From a virus, in the IMG/VR virus record IMGVR_UViG_3300006097_000019, positions 1 to 64,000 of that record: a DNA stretch of 64,000 nt. One strand, given 5' to 3'. How positions within the stretch are numbered: position 1 is the first letter of the stretch; each line of letters starts with the position of its first letter. The notes under the pieces were generated by a model. The model had not been told where the DNA came from and ran no database searches. It was given only the letters and a program-made list of their open reading frames with translations. This document shows positions 36,404 through 44,157 of the stretch, in pieces. The position numbers and the translations under genes were made by a program.

Positions 36404-36706
36404 GTGAAAGATTTGGAGAGTGTTAAATGTTTTGATTGTGGTTACCAGTCGGAAGCTAAATTTAAAGAATGGGATGAAGAAAGTCCTTATGGATGTTGTC
36501 CAAAATGCGGTGCCGATTTTATCCCATCTACAATTGATGTAATAGATATTTTAAAAAGTATGAGTGTGAAAAAAGATGTTGATGGAGCAATATATTTTAT
36601 CTGCCCTGTTTGTAAGACAGAAATATATTGTGAAGATTGGCATAATAACTGGGTAGACCATGATAAAGGTTGTTTTATCGGTGATGTGATAAGGGGCAAT
36701 GTTTAA
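36404..36706 (+). CDS. zinc-ribbon protein
   Basis: CFDCGY..CCPKCG..CPVC; GTG start. Confidence 0.5.
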   Translation: MKDLESVKCFDCGYQSEAKFKEWDEESPYGCCPKCGADFIPSTIDVIDILKSMSVKKDVDGAIYFICPVCKTEIYCEDWHNNWVDHDKGCFIGDVIRGNV

Positions 36707-36945
36707 TGGGAAAGGTTATTGAATTTGCAAAATGTTCTATTTGTTGTAAAAGACCAGCAAAATATCTTTGTGACATGCCTATTGGGATAATTAAGCATAT
36801 GCATCTTACAAAAGATAATAGTTTTAAAGAATATACCATAACCTGTGATAAGCCAATTTGTGAAAAGTGTGCAATAGAAGTAAATAGAGGTATACATTTT
36901 TGCAAAAGATGTTTTGAAAAATTAAAGATATTTCGAAAGGAGTAA
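36706..36945 (+). CDS. zinc-ribbon protein
   Basis: CSICC...CEKC..CKRC. Confidence 0.5.
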   Translation: MGKVIEFAKCSICCKRPAKYLCDMPIGIIKHMHLTKDNSFKEYTITCDKPICEKCAIEVNRGIHFCKRCFEKLKIFRKE

Positions 36946-36949
36946 GATT

Positions 36950-37165
36950 ATGTACTGTGGAGATTTATGCGATGTAAATAAAAATTATGATTGTTGCTAC
37001 TGGTGTGCAGAAGAGCCTGTTTGTAAATATAAATGTAAATATTTAAGAGAAGATGAAGGCAAAAACCCTAGTGAAAATTGTGAAATATATATGCCAGAAA
37101 AAGATGAACATATGCTAGAAGTTGAGGAGCAATATCCACAAGGATATTATAAAACTAGGTTATAA
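36950..37165 (+). CDS. Cys-rich miniprotein
   Basis: YCGDLCDVNKNYDCCYWCAEEPVCKYKCKY. Confidence 0.5.
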   Translation: MYCGDLCDVNKNYDCCYWCAEEPVCKYKCKYLREDEGKNPSENCEIYMPEKDEHMLEVEEQYPQGYYKTRL

Positions 37166-37198
37166 TGTCGCATTTTATAAATAAGGTGAAGGTGAAGA

Positions 37199-37414
37199 TT
37201 GATATACCGAAAGGAGAAAATTATGAACAAGTATATGTCTCAATCAGAAAATGATTTTCAAAATAACTATGCGGAAGGTCAGAATTATAAGTTCAGAAAT
37301 TTGTGCGATACATGTACACAACTAATACCCGAGTGCAATGGCACTAAGATAAAATTTGGGGATGATATTGGCAATGATAATGTAATTGAATGTGATGGCT
37401 ATATAAAATATTAA
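37199..37414 (+). CDS. hypothetical Cys-containing protein
   Basis: 71-aa ORF; an internal ATG at codon 8 is an alternative start. Confidence 0.45.
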   Translation: MIYRKEKIMNKYMSQSENDFQNNYAEGQNYKFRNLCDTCTQLIPECNGTKIKFGDDIGNDNVIECDGYIKY

Positions 37415-37472
37415 GTCACATTTCAAAAAAAAGTACAGTAAAATAGAGGTTTTACAGAAAGGACTGATTAAA

Positions 37473-37628
37473 ATGCTAACTATCCTAAATGGCAAACCAT
37501 TAGAGTTGCCATGTAGTAGTGTAGATAAAACAGTTAGAGAACAATGTATTTATTATTATATGATAGCATGTGATAAACAATGTCCTTGGTATGTATCTAC
37601 CCCCAATTTTACTTGGGGTTTAATGTGA
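37473..37628 (+). CDS. small Cys protein (51 aa)
   Basis: ATG after aaagga; read by eye. Confidence 0.3.
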   Translation: MLTILNGKPLELPCSSVDKTVREQCIYYYMIACDKQCPWYVSTPNFTWGLM

Positions 37629-37773
37629 CAAACACACTAATTCCAAAAATAATAGACAATACAAACAACCAATCAGTAAAAGTTAAAATTAAATTCAGCA
37701 TTTATTAATCAATTCCTTAATAATACTTATGCTGAATAATATAAAATATTACTAAGAAAGGAAGAAAGTTTAA

Positions 37774-38001
37774 ATGAAATTTTATAATAGAGAATTAACT
37801 ATTACAGATATTCATTTTTATAATGATATTAATGATACCGTAGAAATTAGTTATGAATTATCTTTAGAAGGAGATAATATAGCATCTTTACTAGAAGGTA
37901 AATTTAATTTATCTAGAAGTAATTATAATAAAATAAATAATGATTTAGAAAATAATATATTGAAGTTAATTTATAAAGAAAATGAAGTTAAAAATGTGTA
38001 A
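37774..38001 (+). CDS. hypothetical acidic protein
   Basis: 75 aa with aaggaag SD; immediately upstream of the guide-RNA locus. Confidence 0.5.
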   Translation: MKFYNRELTITDIHFYNDINDTVEISYELSLEGDNIASLLEGKFNLSRSNYNKINNDLENNILKLIYKENEVKNV

Positions 38002-38020
38002 TGGAAAATAACATATAAAC

Positions 38021-38221
38021 CCATAGCAGAGGGGTTTATACTCTGCTAAAACATCAGGGCTATTAGGTAGTCCTTAAATCCTAGATGAGTAAACATCTAG
38101 TACCCACAGATTTATTAGGGTAGAGAAGTGCTATTCTTTGAAATAGTAACACTCGATAAGGTAAATAAAAAGTCTGTTTTATTTACCACCTCCCGAAAGG
38201 GGCAATCTATAATTTTTACTG
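38021..38221 (+). ncRNA. tracrRNA-like scaffold RNA for the Cas12f-like effector
   Basis: Non-coding and GC-richer than the flanks. Perfect hairpins: agcagag/ctctgct (38025-38047), ctagatg/catctag (38081-38100), ggtaaataaaa/ttttatttacc (38160-38187) and ccc-GAAA-ggg (38192-38201). The 3' end gcaatctat (38202-38210) is complementary to the repeat segment atagattgt. Confidence 0.5.
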
Positions 38222-38327
38222 TTTAAATAAAGATAATTACTAGTAATAGATTGTAAGTCCACCTTGTTTTCGCTCTTTTTTCTTAAATCCTTTTAAATAA
38301 AAATCATCACTAGTAATGGATTGCAAG
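38222..38327 (+). CRISPR. mini-CRISPR array: two 36-bp repeats and one 34-bp spacer
   Basis: R1 is tttaaataaagataattactagtaatagattgtaag (38222-38257). R2 is tttaaataaaaatcatcactagtaatggattgcaag (38292-38327). They share 31 of 36 positions with a 70-bp period. The repeat 3' end ..ATTGCAAG resembles the type V-F repeat end ..ATGCAAC. Confidence 0.6.
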
Positions 38328-38381
38328 ATGTTGACCTAGCTAAAGCAGAATCACCACACCATAGGAGGGTTATTTAATATA

Positions 38382-39674
38382 ATGAGTAATATAATTAAAA
38401 CAATGTCATACGAAATAATAAAACCAGTTGATTGTGATTGGAATACGTTTGGAAAATTATTAAGAGATTTACAATATGAAACTAGAAAAATTTTAAATAA
38501 ATCAATTAGTTTAGCATGGGAATATGATGATTTTGCATCTGATTATAAAAAAATTTTTGGACAATATCTAAAAACAGAAAACATTTTAAATTACAAGACT
38601 ATATTAGGTTATGTTTATGACAGATTAAAAAGTGAATATTATAAATTGAATACTGGAAACTTTACAGAAACCATAAAAAAAGCAACAGATAAATGGAAAA
38701 ACAATAAAATTGAAGTATGGAAAGGTAATGAAAATATTCCTAGCTTTAAAAACAAAAATTCACCTATTGATGTGGTGAAAAAATCAATCCAAGTAATAAA
38801 AGAAGATAATAATTACTATCTAAATTTAAGTTTAATTTCAACTAAATATAAAAAAGAATTAGATAGAAAATCAGGGCAGTTTTTAGTTCTAATCAAGCCA
38901 GGAGATAAAATACAAAGAGTAATTTTGGAAAGAATAATATCTGGAGAATATGATATTGGTACATCTCAAATAGTACAAAAGAAGAATAAATGGTTTGTAA
39001 ATTTAGTATATAAGTTTCAAAAAGAAAAAACCTCTACTTTAAATCAAGACAACATTATGGGTATTGATTTAGGAATTAAAAAAGCATTATATATGTCATT
39101 TAATAATTCAAGAGATAGATATTATATAGATGGAGGTGAGATAGATGATTTTAGGAAGAAAACAGAAAAAAGAAGAAATGAATATTTAAGACAGGGAAAA
39201 TATTGTGCTGATGGAAGAATTGGTCATGGTAGAGAAACTAGAATTAAACCTATACAAAAACTTCAAAATAAGGTTGAGAATTTTAAAAATACTACTAATC
39301 ATAAGTATAGTAGGTATGTAATAGAAATAGCATTAAAGTATAATTGTAAGACAATACAAATGGAAAAATTAGAAGGAATAAATAAAAATAGTGTATTTTT
39401 AAAAAATTGGACTTATTATGATTTACAACAAAAAATTGAATATAAAGCAAGAGAATGTGGTATTGAAATAAAATATATTAATCCAAAATACACTTCTCAG
39501 AGATGTTCAAAATGTGGATATATACATAGTGATAATAGAGAAAATCAAGAGACATTCCATTGTAAGAGTTGTGGATTTAAAACTAATGCTGATTATAATG
39601 CTTCTCAAAATATTGCAACTAAAGATATTGAAGAAATTATTGAAAATACATTAGAAGAATTAAAAGCATCATAA
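38382..39674 (+). CDS. cas12f: Cas12f-like (type V-F) miniature RNA-guided nuclease
   Basis: RuvC-I IMGIDLG (D229), RuvC-II TIQMEKLE (E328), Zn ribbon CSKCG..CKSCG, RuvC-III NADYNASQNIA (D404). From memory it is collinear end to end with AsCas12f1 (422 aa). Confidence 0.8.
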   Translation: MSNIIKTMSYEIIKPVDCDWNTFGKLLRDLQYETRKILNKSISLAWEYDDFASDYKKIFGQYLKTENILNYKTILGYVYDRLKSEYYKLNTGNFTETIKKATDKWKNNKIEVWKGNENIPSFKNKNSPIDVVKKSIQVIKEDNNYYLNLSLISTKYKKELDRKSGQFLVLIKPGDKIQRVILERIISGEYDIGTSQIVQKKNKWFVNLVYKFQKEKTSTLNQDNIMGIDLGIKKALYMSFNNSRDRYYIDGGEIDDFRKKTEKRRNEYLRQGKYCADGRIGHGRETRIKPIQKLQNKVENFKNTTNHKYSRYVIEIALKYNCKTIQMEKLEGINKNSVFLKNWTYYDLQQKIEYKARECGIEIKYINPKYTSQRCSKCGYIHSDNRENQETFHCKSCGFKTNADYNASQNIATKDIEEIIENTLEELKAS

Positions 39675-39888
39675 TTTTAGAAAAGGAGTTTTGAAAAAAT
39701 GTTTAGAGATAAAATTAAAAGTCAAACAGTTTAAATATACCTAAAGTGTTAAAAAACACATTACTGGAAAATGAAGAAGAAAAACACCAAAAAATTTTAA
39801 ATGATTTTCAAAAAGAATTAGATAAACACAAAGAACTAATAAATACTAAAATAGAAAAACAATAAAAATCAAATTTTATCTTAGTGCG

Positions 39889-39909
39889 TTAAACACAAAA
39901 TAATACTTA
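39889..39909 (+). promoter_or_regulatory. recurrent intergenic motif (putative phage promoter)
   Basis: ttaaacacaaaataatactta just upstream of the ggagg SD of the 39911 ORF. Confidence 0.5.
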
Positions 39910-39910
39910 A

Positions 39911-40189
39911 ATGGAGGTAATTATGAGTATTTATACTACTGAAATTGAAAATTTATATGAGGTTAGCTTACTTCCGTATATCAATGATGAGTTTGCCGAT
40001 GAAAGAGTTGTGAATGTTGAATTAATTTCTGAAGATACAAGAAAAGAATTATTAGATGAATTGTTCAGTAAATTAAGAAATGATAAAAGATTAACGCAAG
40101 ATGAAGATGGGAATTTTCTTTGCAGACAAAAAGATTTATGTGATGTTGAGGGGGATTATGGCATAAGGTTAGTAGAAATGGAGTGGTAA
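39911..40189 (+). CDS. hypothetical acidic protein
   Basis: 92-aa ORF. Confidence 0.5.
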   Translation: MEVIMSIYTTEIENLYEVSLLPYINDEFADERVVNVELISEDTRKELLDELFSKLRNDKRLTQDEDGNFLCRQKDLCDVEGDYGIRLVEMEW

Positions 40190-40190
40190 T

Positions 40191-40715
40191 TTGAATTACA
40201 TACTTGGAATTGATCAAGCAACAAGTAAATCAGGATTTGTTGTAATGGATGGAGATTATAAAATTATTGAATATGGTATCATTGACACTACTAATATAGG
40301 AGATACCACTGAATACGGTCATACATTAAAAAGGCAGGAATTAAAGAAAAATATAAAAATGTTACTAGAAAAATATCCTAAAATAATTCAAGTAATATGT
40401 GAAGGAGTTCATCTTAATACTTTTAAAGGTATAGCACAAAAAAACGGAGTTGAAATCTTCAAAAAATTATCAAAAACTCAAGGGACGATTGAAGACATAT
40501 GTTTAGAATTAGAAATATCTTGCTTTACTTTTAATGTTAATTCATGGAGAAGTTATATAGATTATAAATTTGGAAGAAGTAGAGAAGAAATTAAAGATAA
40601 TACTAAAGCATATATAATAGGAAGATATAATTTGCCAGATAATCTTGAGCAAGATATATATGATGCCACAGCAATCTGCGAAGGTTATCTAAATATGATT
40701 AATAAATTCAGTTGA
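40191..40715 (+). CDS. ruvC: RuvC-like Holliday junction resolvase
   Basis: N-terminal YILGIDQATSKSGFVVMD (RuvC ILGIDPG-like, catalytic D) and C-terminal DIYDATAICEGY; TTG start. Confidence 0.7.
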   Translation: MNYILGIDQATSKSGFVVMDGDYKIIEYGIIDTTNIGDTTEYGHTLKRQELKKNIKMLLEKYPKIIQVICEGVHLNTFKGIAQKNGVEIFKKLSKTQGTIEDICLELEISCFTFNVNSWRSYIDYKFGRSREEIKDNTKAYIIGRYNLPDNLEQDIYDATAICEGYLNMINKFS

Positions 40716-40743
40716 TTATGAATAGAATGTATTGGGTGATGTT

Positions 40744-40881
40744 ATGAAAAAATTTGAAAATGAATTAGATTACAGTTTTAGCTTTTGTATTTTAAAAGAT
40801 TTATTAGAAGAAAAATATATTACAGAAAGTCAATTTAAAAAAGCAGTCAATAAAATAAAAGAACTATATTTAACTACCTAA
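40744..40881 (+). CDS. hypothetical small protein (45 aa)
   Basis: ATG after gggtgatg; ends inside the terminator stem. Confidence 0.35.
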   Translation: MKKFENELDYSFSFCILKDLLEEKYITESQFKKAVNKIKELYLTT

Positions 40882-40900
40882 AAAATAGGTAGTTTTCTTT
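40872..40900 (+). terminator. Rho-independent terminator
   Basis: Stem aactaccta (40872-40880) / taggtagtt (40886-40894) followed by TTCTTTT. Confidence 0.65.
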
Positions 40901-40962
40901 TAAAATAACCATATTGGTGATATAATATTTTTAACAATAAGGATATTGAAGGAGGACAAGCA

Positions 40963-42615
40963 ATGAAAGAAAGGGTTGTTGCTTATGCTAGAGTTTCGAC
41001 AGACCATGATGACCAATTAAACTCTTTAGAAAACCAAAAACAACATTGGGAAGAATATATTAAATCTAATCCTGAGTGGGAATATTGTGGATTATATTGG
41101 GATGATGAATCTGGTACTAGCACAATTAAAAGAGATGGTTTTAATAAAATGATTGAAGATGCAGAAAACGGTGAATTTGATTTAATAATTACTAAACAAG
41201 CAACCAGGTGGGCAAGAAATGTAGTTGATGCTTTGCAGTATACAAGAAGATTAAAAACAAAAGGGGTTGGTGTTCTTTTTCATGCCGACAATATTCACAC
41301 TATTAAAGATGCTGATGCTGAATTAAGATTATCAATAATGGCAACTTTAGCACAAGAAGACAGTAGAAGAATTTCTGAAAATGTTAAATTTGGACATTTG
41401 AGAGCAATGAAAAATGGAGTTGTGTATGGTGGAAATAGATTATTAGGTTATGATATTAAAAATAAAAAATTATATATAAATGAAAAAGAAGCAGTAATAA
41501 TAAGAGATATTTTCAATTGGTTTGTTTATGAAAAAGAAAGTTTGCATGGTATAGTTAGAAAATTACGAGATAAAGGAATTACAAAAGGGAAAACTGGAGG
41601 AAAAATAGATCACACTACAATAAAAAGAATCTTAGAAAATGAAAAATATTGTGGTGACCTTAAACAAAGAAAATATTATACAGAAGATTTTTTAAATCAA
41701 AAACAAAAACAAAACAATGGAGAAATTGAATTTATTATAATTAAGAATAACCATGAACCTATTATTAATAGAGAAACATGGAATACAGCACAAGAAATTT
41801 TAAAGCAAAGAAGAGTAGAAAGTAAAAGAGGAAATGGATATACAAAACATTGTTGGGGAGGTAAAATAATTTGTCCTGAATGTGGAAATAAATTTAGAAG
41901 AAAAGTTTTAAAAAACAAAGATGGTACTGATAGACCAATTTGGATATGTATTAATTATCATAATAATGGTAAAAAAGGATGTGAAAATTCAAGTTATTTA
42001 AGAGAAGATGTGTTAAACGATACTTTTCAAGTTGTAATTAAAAAACTTAAACAAAAATCAAATCAAGATAGAATTATTAAGAATTTAAATAATATACTAG
42101 GCGAATTGCTTGAAAAAGACAATTCTAATGAAAAAATAGAAAAAATTAATAAATCTATTAATAAAATAAAAAACAAAAGAGAAAAATTGTTAGAACTATA
42201 TATGGAAAGCAATTTAACAAAAGAAGTTTTTACTGAAAAAAATGATAAATTAAACATGGAAGAAGAAAATTTATTAAATAAGAAAAATATGATAGAACAA
42301 GCCAAAAATAAATTAGAAAATCAAAAACAAGATATATTAGATTTGTATGAAGTGATAAAAAATAAACCAGACAACTTAAAAAATATTGATGATTTTGTAA
42401 ACAGACATATTAAAGAAATAATTAAACACAAAGATAAACTTTCGTTTGTATTAAAAACGGGAGAAAAAATAGATGCAGATTTATCTAAATATCCAAAAAG
42501 GATTTGTAGTAGAGATTACATCACTATAATGGATATTAAGGTTTTGCAATTAATTAATAGAGGGGCAGTACAATATTACGAAGAAATAGGTGTGGAAGTA
42601 TTACTTGTAGCATAA
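40963..42615 (+). CDS. large serine recombinase (phage integrase type)
   Basis: Resolvase catalytic domain VVAYARVSTDHDDQLNSLENQ (Ser12), recombinase domain, Zn ribbon CPECGN..CINYH..C, and a long coiled-coil. Confidence 0.9.
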   Translation: MKERVVAYARVSTDHDDQLNSLENQKQHWEEYIKSNPEWEYCGLYWDDESGTSTIKRDGFNKMIEDAENGEFDLIITKQATRWARNVVDALQYTRRLKTKGVGVLFHADNIHTIKDADAELRLSIMATLAQEDSRRISENVKFGHLRAMKNGVVYGGNRLLGYDIKNKKLYINEKEAVIIRDIFNWFVYEKESLHGIVRKLRDKGITKGKTGGKIDHTTIKRILENEKYCGDLKQRKYYTEDFLNQKQKQNNGEIEFIIIKNNHEPIINRETWNTAQEILKQRRVESKRGNGYTKHCWGGKIICPECGNKFRRKVLKNKDGTDRPIWICINYHNNGKKGCENSSYLREDVLNDTFQVVIKKLKQKSNQDRIIKNLNNILGELLEKDNSNEKIEKINKSINKIKNKREKLLELYMESNLTKEVFTEKNDKLNMEEENLLNKKNMIEQAKNKLENQKQDILDLYEVIKNKPDNLKNIDDFVNRHIKEIIKHKDKLSFVLKTGEKIDADLSKYPKRICSRDYITIMDIKVLQLINRGAVQYYEEIGVEVLLVA

Positions 42616-42629
42616 AAAGATAGGAATAA

Positions 42630-42649
42630 GGGAGAGGATTAACTCTCCC
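42630..42649. terminator. hairpin between convergent transcription units
   Basis: gggagag (42630-42636) / ctctccc (42643-42649) at the junction of the plus and minus gene arrays; no clear T-run. Confidence 0.45.
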
Positions 42650-42654
42650 ATTAA

Positions 42655-43002
42655 TTATTCTACGCCTTTAACTTTTGCGTTCACAAATTTAGCCAACTTA
42701 CCAATAACTTCAACTGCGTACCAACTAAATCCAGCAGTCATCAACAAACTAACAGCCATGACTAATGTAAGTTCTTGACCACTAATGTTTATGGTGATAT
42801 TAGGAACTAAGACACCTACATAATAGACTCCAATAAAAGATACGCTGACAATCAAACCTTTAATTGTACCATTAAAAAATTTTCTTTTATCAAATTTTCT
42901 TTGTAAGATGCTATCAATACTACCTAATAAGATATTAATTACAATCAAACCCATAAGTCCGACACCTAAATACAATATTTGAAAATCAACAACAAAATCC
43001 AT
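42655..43002 (-). CDS. holin
   Basis: 115 aa with 3-4 hydrophobic helices, directly downstream of the endolysin; SILQRKFDKRKFFNGTIKG resembles clostridial phage holin family loops. Confidence 0.65.
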   Translation of the reverse strand: MDFVVDFQILYLGVGLMGLIVINILLGSIDSILQRKFDKRKFFNGTIKGLIVSVSFIGVYYVGVLVPNITINISGQELTLVMAVSLLMTAGFSWYAVEVIGKLAKFVNAKVKGVE

Positions 43003-43683
43003 TTAATTTTCCTCCTTATTTTCTAATTTCTTAAAATATTCTAAAATACCTAACTTAGTTGCGTAAGCACAAATTAATCTGAATTTTTCATTTAATAATA
43101 AAGTTTCTTCATTTGGATTGGTATGGTATCCATATTCAACAATACATGCTGGTGTATCAGAATATCTTAACACACCATAATAATCATCATTGCCTTTTGA
43201 ATTTAATCTACTTCTTGCAAATCTTCTTTTTCTACCACATATTTTATGAACACTATTTAAAACACATTCAGCGAGCAATTTACTCTCATTGTAAGGGTCA
43301 ATAGAATAATAAGTTTCTATACCTTGAACATCGTTATTATTAGGCATAGCATTGGTATGAAGAGAAATAAATATATCAGCATCATTTTCATTTGCAATTT
43401 GTCCACGTTCATATAAAGTTAAATATTCATCTTTGTCTCTTGTTAATATTACATTTGCTCCTAATTCTTTTAGCATAGGTTTTAATTTTAATGCTATATC
43501 TAAAACTCCATCGGCTTCTATATATCCATTTTGACCACGATTATATCTATCAGAACCACCATGACCTGGGTCAAGTACGATAGTTTTATTTTCTAAAGGT
43601 AAGCCTCCTATATAAACACTATCATCTACAAGAAAACCATCTGATATTTGCCTACCAGCGATAAAAACCTTTACGCTCCTCAA
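43003..43683 (-). CDS. N-acetylmuramoyl-L-alanine amidase endolysin (Amidase_3)
   Basis: IVLDPGHGGSDRYNRG, ADIFISLHTNA, VEYGYHTN (Zn ligands H/E/H pattern). Confidence 0.85.
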   Translation of the reverse strand: MRSVKVFIAGRQISDGFLVDDSVYIGGLPLENKTIVLDPGHGGSDRYNRGQNGYIEADGVLDIALKLKPMLKELGANVILTRDKDEYLTLYERGQIANENDADIFISLHTNAMPNNNDVQGIETYYSIDPYNESKLLAECVLNSVHKICGRKRRFARSRLNSKGNDDYYGVLRYSDTPACIVEYGYHTNPNEETLLLNEKFRLICAYATKLGILEYFKKLENKEEN

Positions 43684-43699
43684 AACATCACCACCTTAT

Positions 43700-44065
43700 T
43701 TAAAACAAAATTTTAGACAAATCAAATCCTATAAGTCTCAAGCCAGCCAAACCACCTAAAACATATATTAATAATTTTAATGACCAAGGAGACTCTGAAA
43801 ATTTTACAAACATATTGCTTTTTTCTTCTTCAACCGCCTTTTCAACTTTCCCCAATCTTTCTTCAAAAGAATACATTTTGCTAGAGAATATTTCTTTTAA
43901 ATCGTCTATTTTATCAAGTATTTTTTCATAATATATTTTTGTTTTTTCATTTTCTGTTGTAGCTATATTTAAATTTCTTTGGACTACAACAACAGTATTT
44001 TCTAATTTATCAACCCTATCATCTAAAGCATGTATATATGGACAGTCTTTACATTTTTCATTCAA
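43700..44065 (-). CDS. XhlA-like lysis-associated membrane protein
   Basis: Coiled-coil N-terminus plus a single C-terminal TM (LLIYVLGGLAGLRLIGF), next to the lysis cassette; TTG start. Confidence 0.35.
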   Translation of the reverse strand: MNEKCKDCPYIHALDDRVDKLENTVVVVQRNLNIATTENEKTKIYYEKILDKIDDLKEIFSSKMYSFEERLGKVEKAVEEEKSNMFVKFSESPWSLKLLIYVLGGLAGLRLIGFDLSKILF

Positions 44066-44157
44066 TTTAACTTCCTCCTCGATTTATGGTATAATCAAAG
44101 AGAATAGGCTAGGAGATACCACCTCCGAACACCTACAGTCTCCTCGATGTAGGTTGC

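Noticed and set aside
35558-36905. Minus-strand ORFs 35558-35890, 36487-36699, 36675-36905 and 36703-36897
   Set aside because: They are antisense to the plus-strand zinc-ribbon miniprotein genes, which have SD sites and coherent CxxC patterns.
38258-38361. Self-targeting of this window by the candidate guides
   Set aside because: Scanning by eye, I found no extended match to either guide elsewhere in the 64 kb. The only hit was a 9-nt coincidence, gctaaagca, near 8333. A computational search is still required.
38382-39674. Interpreting the RuvC/Zn-ribbon ORF as an ordinary IS200/IS605 TnpB
   Set aside because: There is no tnpA and no structured RNA at or beyond the 3' end of the gene. Repeats and a scaffold RNA lie upstream instead, and the N-terminal half looks Cas12f-like. 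A TnpB-to-Cas12f intermediate cannot be excluded without phylogeny.
41697-42305. Minus-strand ORFs 41697-41918 and 42063-42305
   Set aside because: They are antisense to the serine recombinase gene, and their composition is low-complexity Phe/Leu/Ser.
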